NCBI GenBank assembly: GCA_010093995.1
Contig: ML992506.1
Span: forward strand, 692,551 to 756,550
Direction: 5' to 3'
Source of the DNA: Elsinoe ampelina
Taxonomy: Eukaryota
Length of the DNA stretch: 64,000 nucleotides
This document shows, piece after piece, positions 46,522-60,348 of this stretch (within the stretch, counting starts at the first letter, position 1; each line of letters begins with the position of its first letter). Under the pieces are notes generated by a model. That model had not been told where the DNA came from. It saw only the letters and a program-made list of their open reading frames with translations, and did no database searches. A program made the position numbers and the translations under genes.

Positions 46522-47166
46522 ATGTCAATGTTCAAGAAGCTATTCAAGGAGGTGAGTCAAATCCGTATCCCAGGTCGAGGACCGAGCATACAATCCAGAC
46601 TGGGTGCGCGCACTCTACGAAACAATGGCAAGCTAACCAAGCTGCAGGCTGGTGTGAAGGACGTGATCACTCTGTTTCATGCGCCAAAGAACCCAAGCTC
46701 AATACGTGTATACACTTTACTCAAGCAGACGGCTGCTACAGCGCAATCGACCGCTACGGAAGATCAGGCTTCGAGCCACGACCAACATGCCAAGGTTGCG
46801 AGAACAGAGTTCGATCTTCGTGAGTAAGAGGCAAGCTATGCGCGCAGAATTAGGGCTGAGACAATGAGCAGAGGTGGAGGAGAGTGATCCGACCACCGAT
46901 CAAATCCAGAGCATACTGGAATACGCTGGGGATGGAAGGGTAGGATCTGTGGTTGAGGGTGCCTCTAGTGTAGCAGATGCCTTGAAGAAGGTCAGGCAGG
47001 GTTCGCAGATATCTCGTCCCTTACTGGTAGACTGGAACAAAGGGCAAATTGGTTTGTGTAGCGATGACTCTGGATGTTTGCCAGTAGGCTGACAATGGCA
47101 GTAACGGGAGACAACGAGTCTGAGATCCTCAAGATGGTCAAGGCTTTGCCTCACAAGACCGCGTAG
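46522..47166 (+). CDS. FMP46: Mitochondrial thioredoxin-like protein Fmp46 / DUF1687
   Basis: 4 exons: MSMFKKLFKE|..DVITLFHAPKNPSSIRVYTLLKQ...EFDL|.VEESDPTTDQIQSILEY...RPLLVDWNKG..|..GDNESEILKMV; stop 47164-47166. Confidence 0.85.
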
Positions 47167-47950
47167 ACCCAGAAGACGCGAATGATAGTGAGTCCCTATC
47201 AAAGCTTGCAAATGTCAATACTGATGGTTTATGTAGCCCAACATGTAATATCAACTCCCCTCTCCGAAGTCACATCATCAGACTAAGGTCGTCTATCAGT
47301 GCTCGGAAATGGACATATGAGCATGGCACAACTGCTACCTGTGCGAGCTCAGTGGCGCCAAAGTGACAATTGATGTGTGAATACAAATGAAAGCATGTGA
47401 TCGCACCGTGGTTTGAGGTGTGAGTTTCTCTTCTGGTAGTACTTGTCGCTTGCCTCTTGCCTCGCTTGCCCCTCCATCGCTCCTTCCTTCCGCAAACTCA
47501 CACACCAGACACTCCACCACTCGATGATTATTTGTCTGTCATTACAGCAATTCCGTTCTCCTTCGCACAAGCATTGTATCGCCATTATATTCTCTTCTTA
47601 CTCCCCTCCCTCATTCACCCATCCGACCTCACTTCAACCTCACCTTACGACTCCGACGCAACACCAGCACTTCCCCGAGACTCTACTCTAGCTCACTCGA
47701 AGCTCCAGCACAGCTTCGCGGCCAGCGAAGAATTGGCAGTACGTTGCAGAGCTTCACATATTCTGTCCAACTTGCGCCAACTGACGGACTCACAGAGCTA
47801 GCTTTCAGGTACTACCAGTAGCTCGCAAAGCTTCACCACTCGGGCGACCATGCGCTAAATCCCAGACTCACAGTCTTTCGAACTACTACCAGACACATCG
47901 CCACTGGGAGGATCAAAGCTGCCTACTGGGCTGGCGCTAGAGCTGGGACA

Positions 47951-50900
47951 ATGGCTACCCCCATTACCCAACCTCAACGAGGTCTTCACACGCCGTCCTT
48001 GATACTCAGATCGAACCCCCACGATGAAGTCCGTCCATTTATTGAGCATCTATGGCGCAGCAAGCCAGGCATGTGCCGGGGTATTTTCACCGACATGTTC
48101 CCTCGTGGTGATCAATGCACAGGCGCCACACAGCAGGAGGAAGATGCATTCATTGCCAAGTACTTTGACGACCACACTTTCGCTGAGCAAGGACCCCGCT
48201 TCCTCAAACAGGTTCTTTACAACATCGCCATGTACAATGATGGTCTCGTCAAAGAGAAAGCGCAAGCTTTTATGGATGCTCAGGCAGACTTCTTCTATGA
48301 TCAATCCTTCGTCAACGACATGCTCAAGAGAGATTCGACCAAGAAATTCTTCGACTCCGAAGACATAATCGATCATGGCGACAACGAGGAGTTATCCAAG
48401 CGTGTCATGTGGTACATACAGGCCACCGAGACGAGACAGAGGGCGCAAGCTTGGATCGAGGTCCACGCGGACGATCTAAATGATCCCAAGACCAAGCGAA
48501 AGATCCTCACGTCCGCATCCCTCAGGCAGATCTTCAGCGAGGACGATTTCAAAGCGAACGCGTACATCGAGGGCGTCATGCACGGAATGAGGCAGCATAT
48601 CCACATACACTTGATCAAATCACGGGCAGCAGCATGGAAGTCTGCCAATGCACACCACTTCGACGACCCGATGGTCCTTCGTAATCTACTTGCTACGAGA
48701 GCTGTTGAGCACTTCTTCAACAAGGAGGTCTGTGAAGAACTTGGCTACAACGACTACCACCTTCAACTTATACTGATGCAAATCCATTCCGACATCAATT
48801 CGGCACTTTGTCAACACCAGGATGGAACGTATGAGCCCATATTCACAAGCCAGAAGCCTTTGTTTGCACCAGTCAACTACGACACAGCTGCGGAGCAGAG
48901 CAGAAAGACCAGTGACAAGATCTCGCCAACGTCCACTGCTACTCAACATGGGTCGGAAGACCAGTATATCAAGTCCGATGTCAAGACAGCCAGCAGCAAG
49001 GCTCCCTCTGCAAGTAAGTCGATGCATCCAATCATACCAGTCCCTGCTAACGACCTTGTAGCACAAGCCACATCTGTGTCTGCTTCTCGCAACAAGATTA
49101 CCTACCAACATAATGACTTCGTCCCCGCACAAGCTGGCGCCGCAAACATCGCTCAACGCATCAAGAGTGAGCCCCAGAGACTGTACTCTCCGGATAGGTA
49201 CGGGGAGAATGGTTCACAGCGCAATCGGAGCTCCAGCATCAGAGGAGCAAGAGGCCCTCGAGGACGCGGCCGCGGAGGTAGAAACTCCTTCACCTCGCAC
49301 ACGCACGCCGATCATCTCAGTACTTTCCGCACAAACAATGGCAGGAGCGAACGCTGGAACCACCAGCAAGAGAACATTCCGCCGACTTTGCCAATTGGGC
49401 AGCGTGCGGCATCGTGGCTAGGTGGCCATCCACAGCATCAACAACCATCCGATCGTCGAATCTTCTCCGAAAGCGACAGCAACGCATACGGCGGTAACCT
49501 GGCGGCCAACAATGAAGCAACACCGACCATCCCTCGTGCCATGCTTGGTCCAAACGGTCTCGGTCGTCGCTTTGACCAGCATATCGGCCCCATCAGTCCT
49601 CACTTCATCGGTGCTGGCTCTGTCCTACCTGGTGCAGGTTTTGCACAGGTACCCTTTTCCAGCATTCCATATCCGGTTGCTGTTTATGGGATACCTCCTG
49701 GTCAGACTCCACAGAGCATTGCTGCCTGGGCTGCGAGAATTGCACCTCCAGCTTACTACCAGGGTTGTTCCTTCACACCACACTTCGTCCAACTCTAGTT
49801 AGTGGTCCCAGAATTGACTACTGGAACAATGCTAATATCTCTCAGCTTCTGCTCTCCTCAAGTCGCCAACGATCTATTGAAACAGAAGGACGTCGCGTTC
49901 CTTGACGGCACTCCGGTCATGCTTGACGTTCCACCTCATAGCATTCCGCAGATGAGGCCCATCTTTCATGCTCCGATGCCTAGTGCTCGTCCTTTGGAGT
50001 ACGTGGAAACGATGTCGCATACACCAATGGATATAAGGCGGCCCACCAATCCTTTTCCCGAGGATGAAATCAGGACTCCAGCGCCGCAGCAACTCTTCTC
50101 TATTCGTAATGAGTCTGGTGAGGCAGTTGATCGTACCCGACTTGGTGGCGACGCAAGGCTTTCTGAGCAAGATCGCCTCACCGTTCCGCCGAGATACAAT
50201 CCCAGCCACGTCGAGAGTTCGCACAGCCAGTCCAATGGATCAAAGAAGAAGAGCCACAAGAAGAACAAGACGAACGACAATCAGAAGCAGGAAGAATGTG
50301 CCGATGGCCCAGCGTCTGGAGCAGTCAAGATCGCTCAGCAGAACCCGGATGCCAACAAGAAACCTGGGTATCGTCCTCCAAGGATTGAGGTGCCAGCGCC
50401 AGACTTCAAGGACCATGTGGAGGTGGTACATGACTCTGAGGCTGCACCTCCACCAGATCCGTCCGCGAGAATCAACATCGGACATCAGACCAGCTCACCG
50501 CTGCTTCGACCAGTAACGACTCTGGCAGTCAGTAAGAGACAGTCGACCAGCGGCTTGACAGATGGAATGGACGGACGTTCTCCTCAGCCGCAGCCAGACT
50601 CTCATTCGACGACAGAGCTTGCAACGGTCAAGGTCAAGCTTCCATCTTCAACAGCCACATCAGATCCAATCGTAGAAGACGCGGTCGCTCCTTTGAGTCT
50701 TGACGACAAGAAGATTTCAGTATCCCCTCCAGAAGCGACCCCGGACGAAAAGATAGTCGAGACGCTTGCTCAGAATGGTCCTCCATCTTCGCTGAAGGTG
50801 AAGAGCAGGGCTGCGAGTTCGATTGGAGGCCGCACACAACAACGTAATGCCACCCCATTCCGTACTTTCACAGGGCATTCCTCCAATCAGACACCAGGAA

Positions 50901-53507
50901 CAGAAGACGTCGAGGACAGTTTCCAAACTGCTGCAGAGAGCCCAGAATCTCTTCGCAAGGATGTCGAGGACCTGCTCGACCAAGCTCTCCCACGGGACAC
51001 AGCGAAAACTGAACAGACTGGAGCAGACGGTGTTAGAGACACAGCCAAGCTAAATGCTATGGATGATCCAAATCCGTCAACAACTTCGGATCACCTTTCA
51101 GAACACGCAGAGAGTCCTTTGAAGGAGTTGTTCAGGTATACCACTCAGACTGTATCGCCCGCGTCACCTGTTCAGGCTGGAGCCCAGGCGGAATCATCGG
51201 TGCACCAAAAGCAATCACCACAGCAAGATCCTTCTGCTCATTCCAAGGACATTCTCAAGCCGATTGGCCCGAAGCAGACACCGTCGCTCAGTCCTTATGC
51301 CAGGCAAGCTCCAGTAAAGAAGAAAGACAAGAAGAAAGCAAAGGCGAAGGTCAAGGGCAAGCAGGAGTCCGGTCCTCAGTCCCGTTCGAGTAGTGTTACG
51401 GGAGCCAGCGACATGGCGATGACGGATACTTCGGGACATCAGCAGACTGTATCTTCCGTTCGTGCTGATCAGGTGCCTGTTCATGATGGCGCCGACGAGC
51501 CTCCACTCAGCCCTTCCAAAGCAGCCTTGCGTGGTTTGAAGACTGCCATGTCACGGCCCTTCAAATACATGGCTGGACGCAGCTCCGCAAAGCTTCCGGT
51601 CGACGAGGCTGACGCTACTCTCGAACAAGCTTCATACGAAGTAGAAGAAGAAACTCGTGGCTTCGCACACGCCGCAAATTCTGGATCGGAAATCAAAGGA
51701 AATCACACTACCGACGCACAGTACAAAGTCGCTGCACTCCCTGAGAGTCCTACCGCTAGTTCTGCACACTCGCAAAATTCGATCGAGGGTCGCAACGAAC
51801 CATTCACCTTTCGTTCTTCTCAACAAGGGCCCAGCTTTGGCCTTGATGGTGCGTTGACGGTCCGTGACACAAACGTCCCTGAGGAGGACAATCAGATGGT
51901 GCTTTTCGACAAAGGCAAGGCGGTGGCGTCCCCAGATGAGCTCGAGCAGATGACTGCCACCACCGAGAGCAGCTGCACTGTCTCGATCAGCGCTGCTAGC
52001 AGCAGGTCGACAAGTCCGACGGCGATTCGTAGGAACGTTTCTAGCGGCGATTCACACCTGGTAAAGCCCAAAGTGGATCGACTTAGTGCCCGCAAGAAGC
52101 GTAAAAACCGCAACAAGAGACATGGCGCAAAGTCCAAGCAGGACAGCGAGGATGATGGAGATGAGAACGCTTTGGCCAAGGTGAGCCACACTTTTTCTAT
52201 TACCGACATCTGCGATGGGAACGGGAAGCAAGTGATTCTCCTGCAAGCCAACGATGAGGGAGGCAAGCCCAAGAGGAAGAAATTCGTCCGAAAGACACCA
52301 ACGGAGAGGGAGAATGAGCGCAGAGAGAAGCTCAAGTATCCTATGAAGAAGCTGGAGCATGAGGAAAGGGTGTTGAAGCTTATGAAGCAGGGGGATATGG
52401 ATGCGCTGGAGGAAGAGGAGAACCAGTGGGCTCGCTACGAGCGCAAGCGCAAGGGAGAGCCGGAGCCGCTCATCCTCAAGTTGCTCGAGCATATTGGTGG
52501 CCGCGTATTGTAGTCGCGCGACAGACAGTGTTCCATATAGTTAGCGAAATTATGCTCATGGTGCTGATAATGCATTTCAGATCCCCGAAGTTCACGAACA
52601 GTCCGCTGGAGCATTTCATGCCCAACATGAGGAGGTTCAAGATGCACTCCGCGCTCATCTTGAGGAGGCCGAGACAAAAGCTGCACAAGCTCTCTGTCAG
52701 CTTGCCCAGGGGGATGAATCGCGCGACCAGAACGAAGTTGAAGTCTCACCAGATAGTACGGTGCTCCACCCCGAGGGTTCGGATGTCCCACCAGAAGATG
52801 CTGGCGTCATTTCAGATGGCGCAGACGTCCAGCCAGACCGCACGCTTAGTCTGCCAGATAGGACTGCGCCAGCCGCCAACCAGGAGGCATCTTTCAGCTC
52901 GACGGCCACGACGCCTATAATGACCCCAGGTCCAGCAACACCCACCGATGGATTCGACATGGCCGCCGAATGGCAGAAGTACAAGGACAGGAAAGACCGC
53001 TTCCAAGCCACCCTCACCATGCCCGACAGCCCCGTCGGCATCGACGCCGCCTCAAGGGCCCGTAGCGACTCCCTCCAGCCCCCCACTCGCAGTCCCACCA
53101 CGGATCACAGCGCAAGACGTCCTCACCCCTCAATCGACACCATCTTCGCGCCTGCCGGTCGCGCCGTGACCGAGAACGTGCTCGAGAAATTCAATCGCCT
53201 CATGTTCCACTCGGACCTCGCGGTAGCCAAAGCGTTTGCGGAGAGGTGGATGGCGCTCGGGCGGCGTTTGGGTTCCGCAGAGGCGGCGTGCAAGGCGGCG
53301 ACCGAGGTGGGGGATGGAGCGGCGATGGAGAGGGCGAGGGAGAGCATGAGGGTTGACGAGGAGAGTAAGGCGGAGGCCCAGAAGCAGCTGACGCGGATGA
53401 CGAGGGAGGCGCAGTCGCTTGTGGCGGAGTTGTTGAAGGCGTGGATGGAGGGGAGGTATGAGGAGAGGTTGAAGAGGTTTGAGAGTTGTGATGGGGCGGT
53501 GTGGTAG
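47951..53507 (+). CDS. Large (~1810 aa) orphan protein: N-terminal helical repeats, RGG, cryptic RRM-like domain, long disordered region, coiled-coil C-terminus
   Basis: ORFs 47951-49798, 49802-52513 and 52761-53507 join in frame via introns 49798-49845 (GTTAGT..GCTAAT..CAG) and 52505-52580 (GTATTG..GCTGAT..CAG); spliced length 5433 nt. The second donor is weaker, so the 52513 stop may be used instead. Confidence 0.7.
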
Positions 53508-54221
53508 GGAGGAGTGGAAAGGGGGTGTTGATTTGTGCTTGGATTTGGACGTTCGTTTTTCGGGGAGGGCGGCTTTCGCTGATGGGGTGGAGGTATTGCT
53601 TGGGGATGGATGTTTTCTATCGCTGATTGGGTGAGATGTTGATCTGACCTGTCTGGCTCTTGGTGCCCTAGTGATCACTGCAATGTTTGATATCCACGTC
53701 TTGATCATGCCCAAGCACGACAACAGACGTGAGAGGTTGGCATACTCGATGCAATCAACGTTTAGAATGCCAGGTTCACTGCTTACATACTGACCTGCCG
53801 ATTTGACACACGCTCCCTCATGAGGCGCCACTTTACAAAGCAACAGTCCCCACATGGCGACGGGCATAATTTCTCCAGAATGAGATCGCCATTTAGGGCA
53901 TGTTGAGACAAAGCTGGGGCGTCCCACATGAACCTTGTTCAAGGTGCGAGGATATACGCACAGCCAGGCAGCGAAATGGTATTTGCGAATTGACACGCCG
54001 GACAGTCTGCCAAACATGTAACCATGCGTGGTTATTTGTTGTCGTTATACAAAAAGGTGATCATGTGGGATCCCACGATCGATGGCTAGGGACGGGCCGG
54101 CGAGCGAAAGAGCGCCACATTTGCATTTGATCAGCATGTGGCACTCGAGCCAATTGGATGGAACTCGGTCGTCTTCTGGCCTTCGCTGGACTGCTTTGAC
54201 GGGAATCCACTCCGGCCCACC

Positions 54222-54256
<35 letters not shown>
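54222..54256. repeat. Perfect heptamer tandem repeat (TGCTCAG)x5
   Basis: Directly visible, ~215 nt upstream of the STS1 ATG. Confidence 0.95.
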
Positions 54257-54469
54257 CGCTTGGACAACCACAACACACTTTGTCTCGAACTGTCTCTGCC
54301 TTTCATCACCGACACTCGACTTTTCACAACCTCACTGCCGGGCCTGCTCCGTGAAACAGCCGCACTCACGATATCGACTTTGATTACCCGTCATCGTCAA
54401 AGCAATCAACGCAATCGAGCACATACACTCGGAGCCGCCTGCGAGGCAACACCGCTTCACACCAGCGTC

Positions 54470-55486
54470 ATGAACAGCGTGATACCAACTCACACGCTGT
54501 TCGCTCCTCACCTGCTTGAGAACCCCCGACACTCACCACCTCGCAACGGTATCTATTCTCCTCACCAAACCCGCCATCGACATCATCTGACGTCTCCAGA
54601 CTTCTACTCCGCCTCCACCATGTCAGGCCGCAAGCGTAAAGCTTCCACACCGCCCGCCGACGACCGCATGTCCACATCGCCCACCGCCTCCCCATCCGTC
54701 CCCAACCGCACACTCCCACCTCCTCTCCAGCCACGATTCAAACGAACCCGCACAAACGCCGCGACCGGCCGACCGCTCGACCTCCCTCGACTCCTCGAGA
54801 CCCTCTCCCCTACCGACCTCCGCTCCGTCATCACCCAACTCTGCACCTCCCACCCCTCCCTCACCGGCGTGGTCACATCCCTCGCCCCCCGTCCAACCCT
54901 CGAATCCACCCTCTCCGTCCTCCACAAATACGAAGAAACCTTCAAATCCTCCTTCCCCTTCGGCAACCGCCCAACAAGCGACTACACCTACAACCGAGTC
55001 AAAACGGCCCTTCACTCCCTCCTCGAAGCCCTCAAAGACTTTACCCCCAGCTTCCTCCCACCACAAGAACACCAACCCACCGTCTCCCTCAGCTACCTCG
55101 ACGCTGTCACAGACATCGTCCACCGTCTACCGAACTGGGACACACCCAGTCACAACCGCTCGAAAGAGGAGGCGTACGAAGAACTCGGATCCGCGTGGGC
55201 GGCCGTGGTGAAAGAAGCCACGAAGCGAAGCGGGGGGATCCAGCTTGGGTTTGTAGGCTGGGAGGACCGGGTCAGGCGACACCATGAGCTGAGCGGTGGG
55301 AGGCTGCAAGGGGCGGTGGAGGAGTTGAGGAAAGGGTTGGGGGTTTGGGGTGGTGGAAGCGGGGCAGCGCCGATGGGGAGCGGGATGGGGATCGGGAATG
55401 CGGGCATGGAGGAGAGGGAGAGGGTGAGGAGGGAGTTGTTGAGCGGGAATTATGGGGCGGGGATGGTGGGTGGGGGCCAGTGGTAG
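54470..55486 (+). CDS. STS1: Nuclear proteasome tethering factor Sts1/Cut8
   Basis: 'MSGRKRKA', 'GRPLDLPRLLETL', 'APRPT', 'SDYTYNRVK', 'DFTPSFLPP', 'VHRLPNWD'; probable 51-nt in-frame intron 54549-54599. Confidence 0.9.
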   Translation: MNSVIPTHTLFAPHLLENPRHSPPRNGIYSPHQTRHRHHLTSPDFYSASTMSGRKRKASTPPADDRMSTSPTASPSVPNRTLPPPLQPRFKRTRTNAATGRPLDLPRLLETLSPTDLRSVITQLCTSHPSLTGVVTSLAPRPTLESTLSVLHKYEETFKSSFPFGNRPTSDYTYNRVKTALHSLLEALKDFTPSFLPPQEHQPTVSLSYLDAVTDIVHRLPNWDTPSHNRSKEEAYEELGSAWAAVVKEATKRSGGIQLGFVGWEDRVRRHHELSGGRLQGAVEELRKGLGVWGGGSGAAPMGSGMGIGNAGMEERERVRRELLSGNYGAGMVGGGQW

Positions 55487-56167
55487 AAGACTGCTCTGTC
55501 CTCGAACACTACAAGGCAGTGTAACTCTGAACCATGGCGTTGAAGGGAGAACGATGAAGCGATCGATGCCCTGCAGCTTCCTGCACGCCGGAACAAGATG
55601 GCACACACATAACGACCTCATGAACCTTTTTTTCATATCGCATCGCCTCGCGGCTGGGCTGGCTTGGGGTGGAAGGACACTTGCTACGAACGGCACACTG
55701 CTGATGGGGAAGGCACAAGCAGATATTTGCTCGGGATAATGACCGGTACATAGAGGAGAGGAGGAAGGTGGTGTCTTGCTTCAGTATGCTTAGACACCGG
55801 CATAAGTGGACTTGCTACGAATGAACGAATCATCACAACCCATCACCGTTGCACCACGTAGCTCCCTCTCGAACTCGCAAAGGATATCCCGCCGTCTCAT
55901 GTCTCGTCTCCGCATCGGGACACTCACTGCCTCTCTACCCGCGTCACTCCCTTTCTGCACTCACCGCTCACTAATAATAACCTTGCAACGTCACCGTCAC
56001 GGAATATCAGCTCTTGGAACAAGAAAAGGGGTGGTCAAGGTCCTCCATTCCCCCCCGTGCCCCGCTCTGATCTGTAGTTGATGTAGTCCTGCTATGCACC
56101 GGTGCGTCCTAACCTTGTACACTACTGCACTCCCTCCGCCTCGCCTCTCTCGCCCGTCACATGCAAC

Positions 56168-56189
56168 CCAGCCAGCCAGCCAGCCAGCC
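56168..56189. repeat. (CCAG)n microsatellite, ~5 copies
   Basis: ccagccagccagccagccagcc in the STS1-ANP1 intergenic region. Confidence 0.85.
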
Positions 56190-56569
56190 AAAATCGCCTG
56201 ATCTGCATCCACCTCCGCCTCGCACGCCTCTTTGGCGTCGAACAAAAAACGAGCAGATGATTAGTCTTCCCCTACCCCCCCCGGCCGCCTCTGCTCTCCC
56301 AAAAAAACAAGCCATAATCAACAGCAATACAAAGAAGCATATCCAACCCTTTCACACCAGATAGTAAAGAGAGAGAAGGTGGGAGGGGTGGGGTGGGGGG
56401 GCATTACATCGCTCATCCTATCTCATTTCGTCCTTCATCCCGCAGCCCAACATACACGACCAGAATATCAGGCTCTCAAGGGCGGAAGCTCCAGCACCCA
56501 CGTGTCACCAGGGAGATATGACTCTCCCGCATCACCCATCTCCTCTTGGCCCCGTGCGTATCCTGGCTC

Positions 56570-58000
<1,431 letters not shown>

Positions 58001-58718
58001 GATGTGTTGTGTTTTGGAGTGTAACGAGCGTGGGTGGAAAGGGTGAGCGCCCTGCAGGCGAGGCCGAGGAGGCGCTCAGAGAGAAACGCGTCCAGAGCCA
58101 ATCGTACGCCGACGAAAGGTATTGGAGAAGAGAAAGCTGGAGGCGTAGTATTCGGGGATCTCGAGCAGTAGTCGTGGGTGTAGGCAAAGGATGGAGTTGT
58201 TGAGGCCAAAAGTCGTAGTTCGCGGAAGGCTCTCTGGAGAAATGAGGTCTTTTGCTTGGCGAGGATCACGAATCAAGCTCTGCCAAAAGGTGTCTCACTC
58301 AGCAAAACACAGACAGCCGATGCGTACTCACTGCAAAACATGTCAAGAGACCTGTCAAAAATGCCTGTCAAAATACCGGCAAAAGCGGGAAAGAATTGGA
58401 CCAGGGTGAGGAGGATACGCAAGCTCTTCGCGTCAATCACATGTGTTTTCTACAATTAGCGCCGAGTGGGTTTAGCATGACCATTGCATCAACACGGTAC
58501 ATATCAGCTGCTAGCAAGGTAGATCAGATGGCACTTGAAGAGAAGAGGTACTTGACTTTGTGTAGATATAGTCCTTATCGCTGTCCCAGTAGGCGGCCTC
58601 GTGAACGGTATATAGCCGTGCAGCCGGCGGGTTAGGGTTGTGACCCTGGTAGTGTACCATCAGTCCATCAATCGTTACATGTGAATGTCAATCACAGACA
58701 GTAACCTAATCGCCCGTC

Positions 58719-59718
58719 ATGTCTGGTCCAGCTGCTATCGTAGTACCGGCTGTGAGGCGCCACACATCCACGGTCATCGTCGCCCATGGTCTTGGTGATA
58801 GGTATCTCCAAAACATGTCATTTGCTGCCATGTACTAATACAAGGCAGCGGTGCTGGATGGTCAGCTTTCATCTTTGCCATTGAAAGGCTCATATCCTGA
58901 TCTGTTCATCTAGGTCATTCCTCTCCGAGCAGTGGCGGCGACAGAACAAGTTTCCAGAAACAAAATTCATCTTTCCAAATGCTCCTACAATACCAATCAC
59001 CATCGTATGCTCGACAACATCCGAAGAAGGACCTTGCAATGCTAACGACCTCGCAGAACATGGGCATGAAGATGCCTGGTTGGTACGACATAGTAAGGCC
59101 ACGAGATATAGCTGTTCGCCACCTTGCATCAGCGATTTGCACAGCACTTGTCATGCATTTTGCTGACCACTCATCATGACAGGTCTCATTCGACGCTCTG
59201 CAAGAAAGCGAGGACGAGCCTGGCATCAAAAGGGCCCAGGACTACTTCCATGGTCTGATCGCCAAAGAGATCGAAGCTGGAATACCCTCTGAGCGCATCG
59301 TGCTCGGCGGCTTCAGTCAAGGCGGTGCCATGTCCTTGATATCAGGAGTGACATCCCCCGTCAGACTCGGAGGTATATTCGGCTTGTCAAGCTACCTTCT
59401 GCTGAAAGGCAAGATCCGAGACATGGTACCAAAGGAGAACCCAAACAAGGTACCATGAATCTATGATGCAAGCTCTATGTCCTTCATGCTGACTTGAGCA
59501 AGGATACGGTCATCTTCATGGGGCACGGAGACATGGATCCCGTGGTAAGGTATGAATGGGGTCAACAGACCGCCGCGAAACTGAAGGAATGGGGCTGGAA
59601 TGTCGACTTCAACACGTATGGTGGCTTGCCACACTCTGCCGCGCCAGAAGAGATCAATGATCTGGAGAAGTATTTGAAGGCGAGGATACCTGATCAAGGA
59701 GACAAGGGCGCGTTGTGA
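58719..59718 (+). CDS. Acyl-protein thioesterase 1 / lysophospholipase (alpha/beta hydrolase), 6 exons
   Basis: 'HGLGD|SGAGW', 'FIFPNAPTIPIT|NMGMKMPGWYDI', nucleophile 'GGFSQGG', 'HGDMDPVV', 'LPHS'; stop 59716-59718. Confidence 0.93.
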
Positions 59719-60348
59719 CTAGGAGAAGAACTACCAAAGATCGACGGTGTGGGAGAGTATCCGATACTGATCCTCACCTTCTTTGCTGCTACCATCCTGC
59801 TGGTATTCTTCCTGCGGTACTACAAGAAAGGCTTGCAGAAAAAAGAATACATCATGCAGTAGCAAAGACAAACTTGGCACCTGCAAAAGCAACGAGCAAC
59901 CTCTTCGATCCTTCTGTACCTTTGCCCTGCCAAGTGAACCAGGCCAATCCTCCCGCAGTGGCCAAAAATCGGGATCTTTTGACGATTGCCGGCCGCACCA
60001 TCTGCCCAAACTTCAAAGTGTGGGGGCTTTCATTTAACCATGACCCTCCAATGCAGTTTTTAATTTGCTCTGCTTCTCTAGCCCTGTCCGATTCATGTCT
60101 TCCTTCGCCAATTCGACAGAATGTGGCGCCCTCTTTTCTGGCACCATGGTCCGCCCAATCCCAGCACTCGTGCAGCCGCAGATTGCTGCCAGTCCCAGGC
60201 CCAAGGGTTCCCTGGCGTGCCTGGCACTTTTGCCTCGTGGCCAACAACGTGATCTACACGTCCCTGTTTAGCCTGACGTGAATATCTCAACGTCAATATG
60301 ATGCCTCTGGATCCTCGATAGTCCTTTTGGCTTTGATTGGCATGATCA

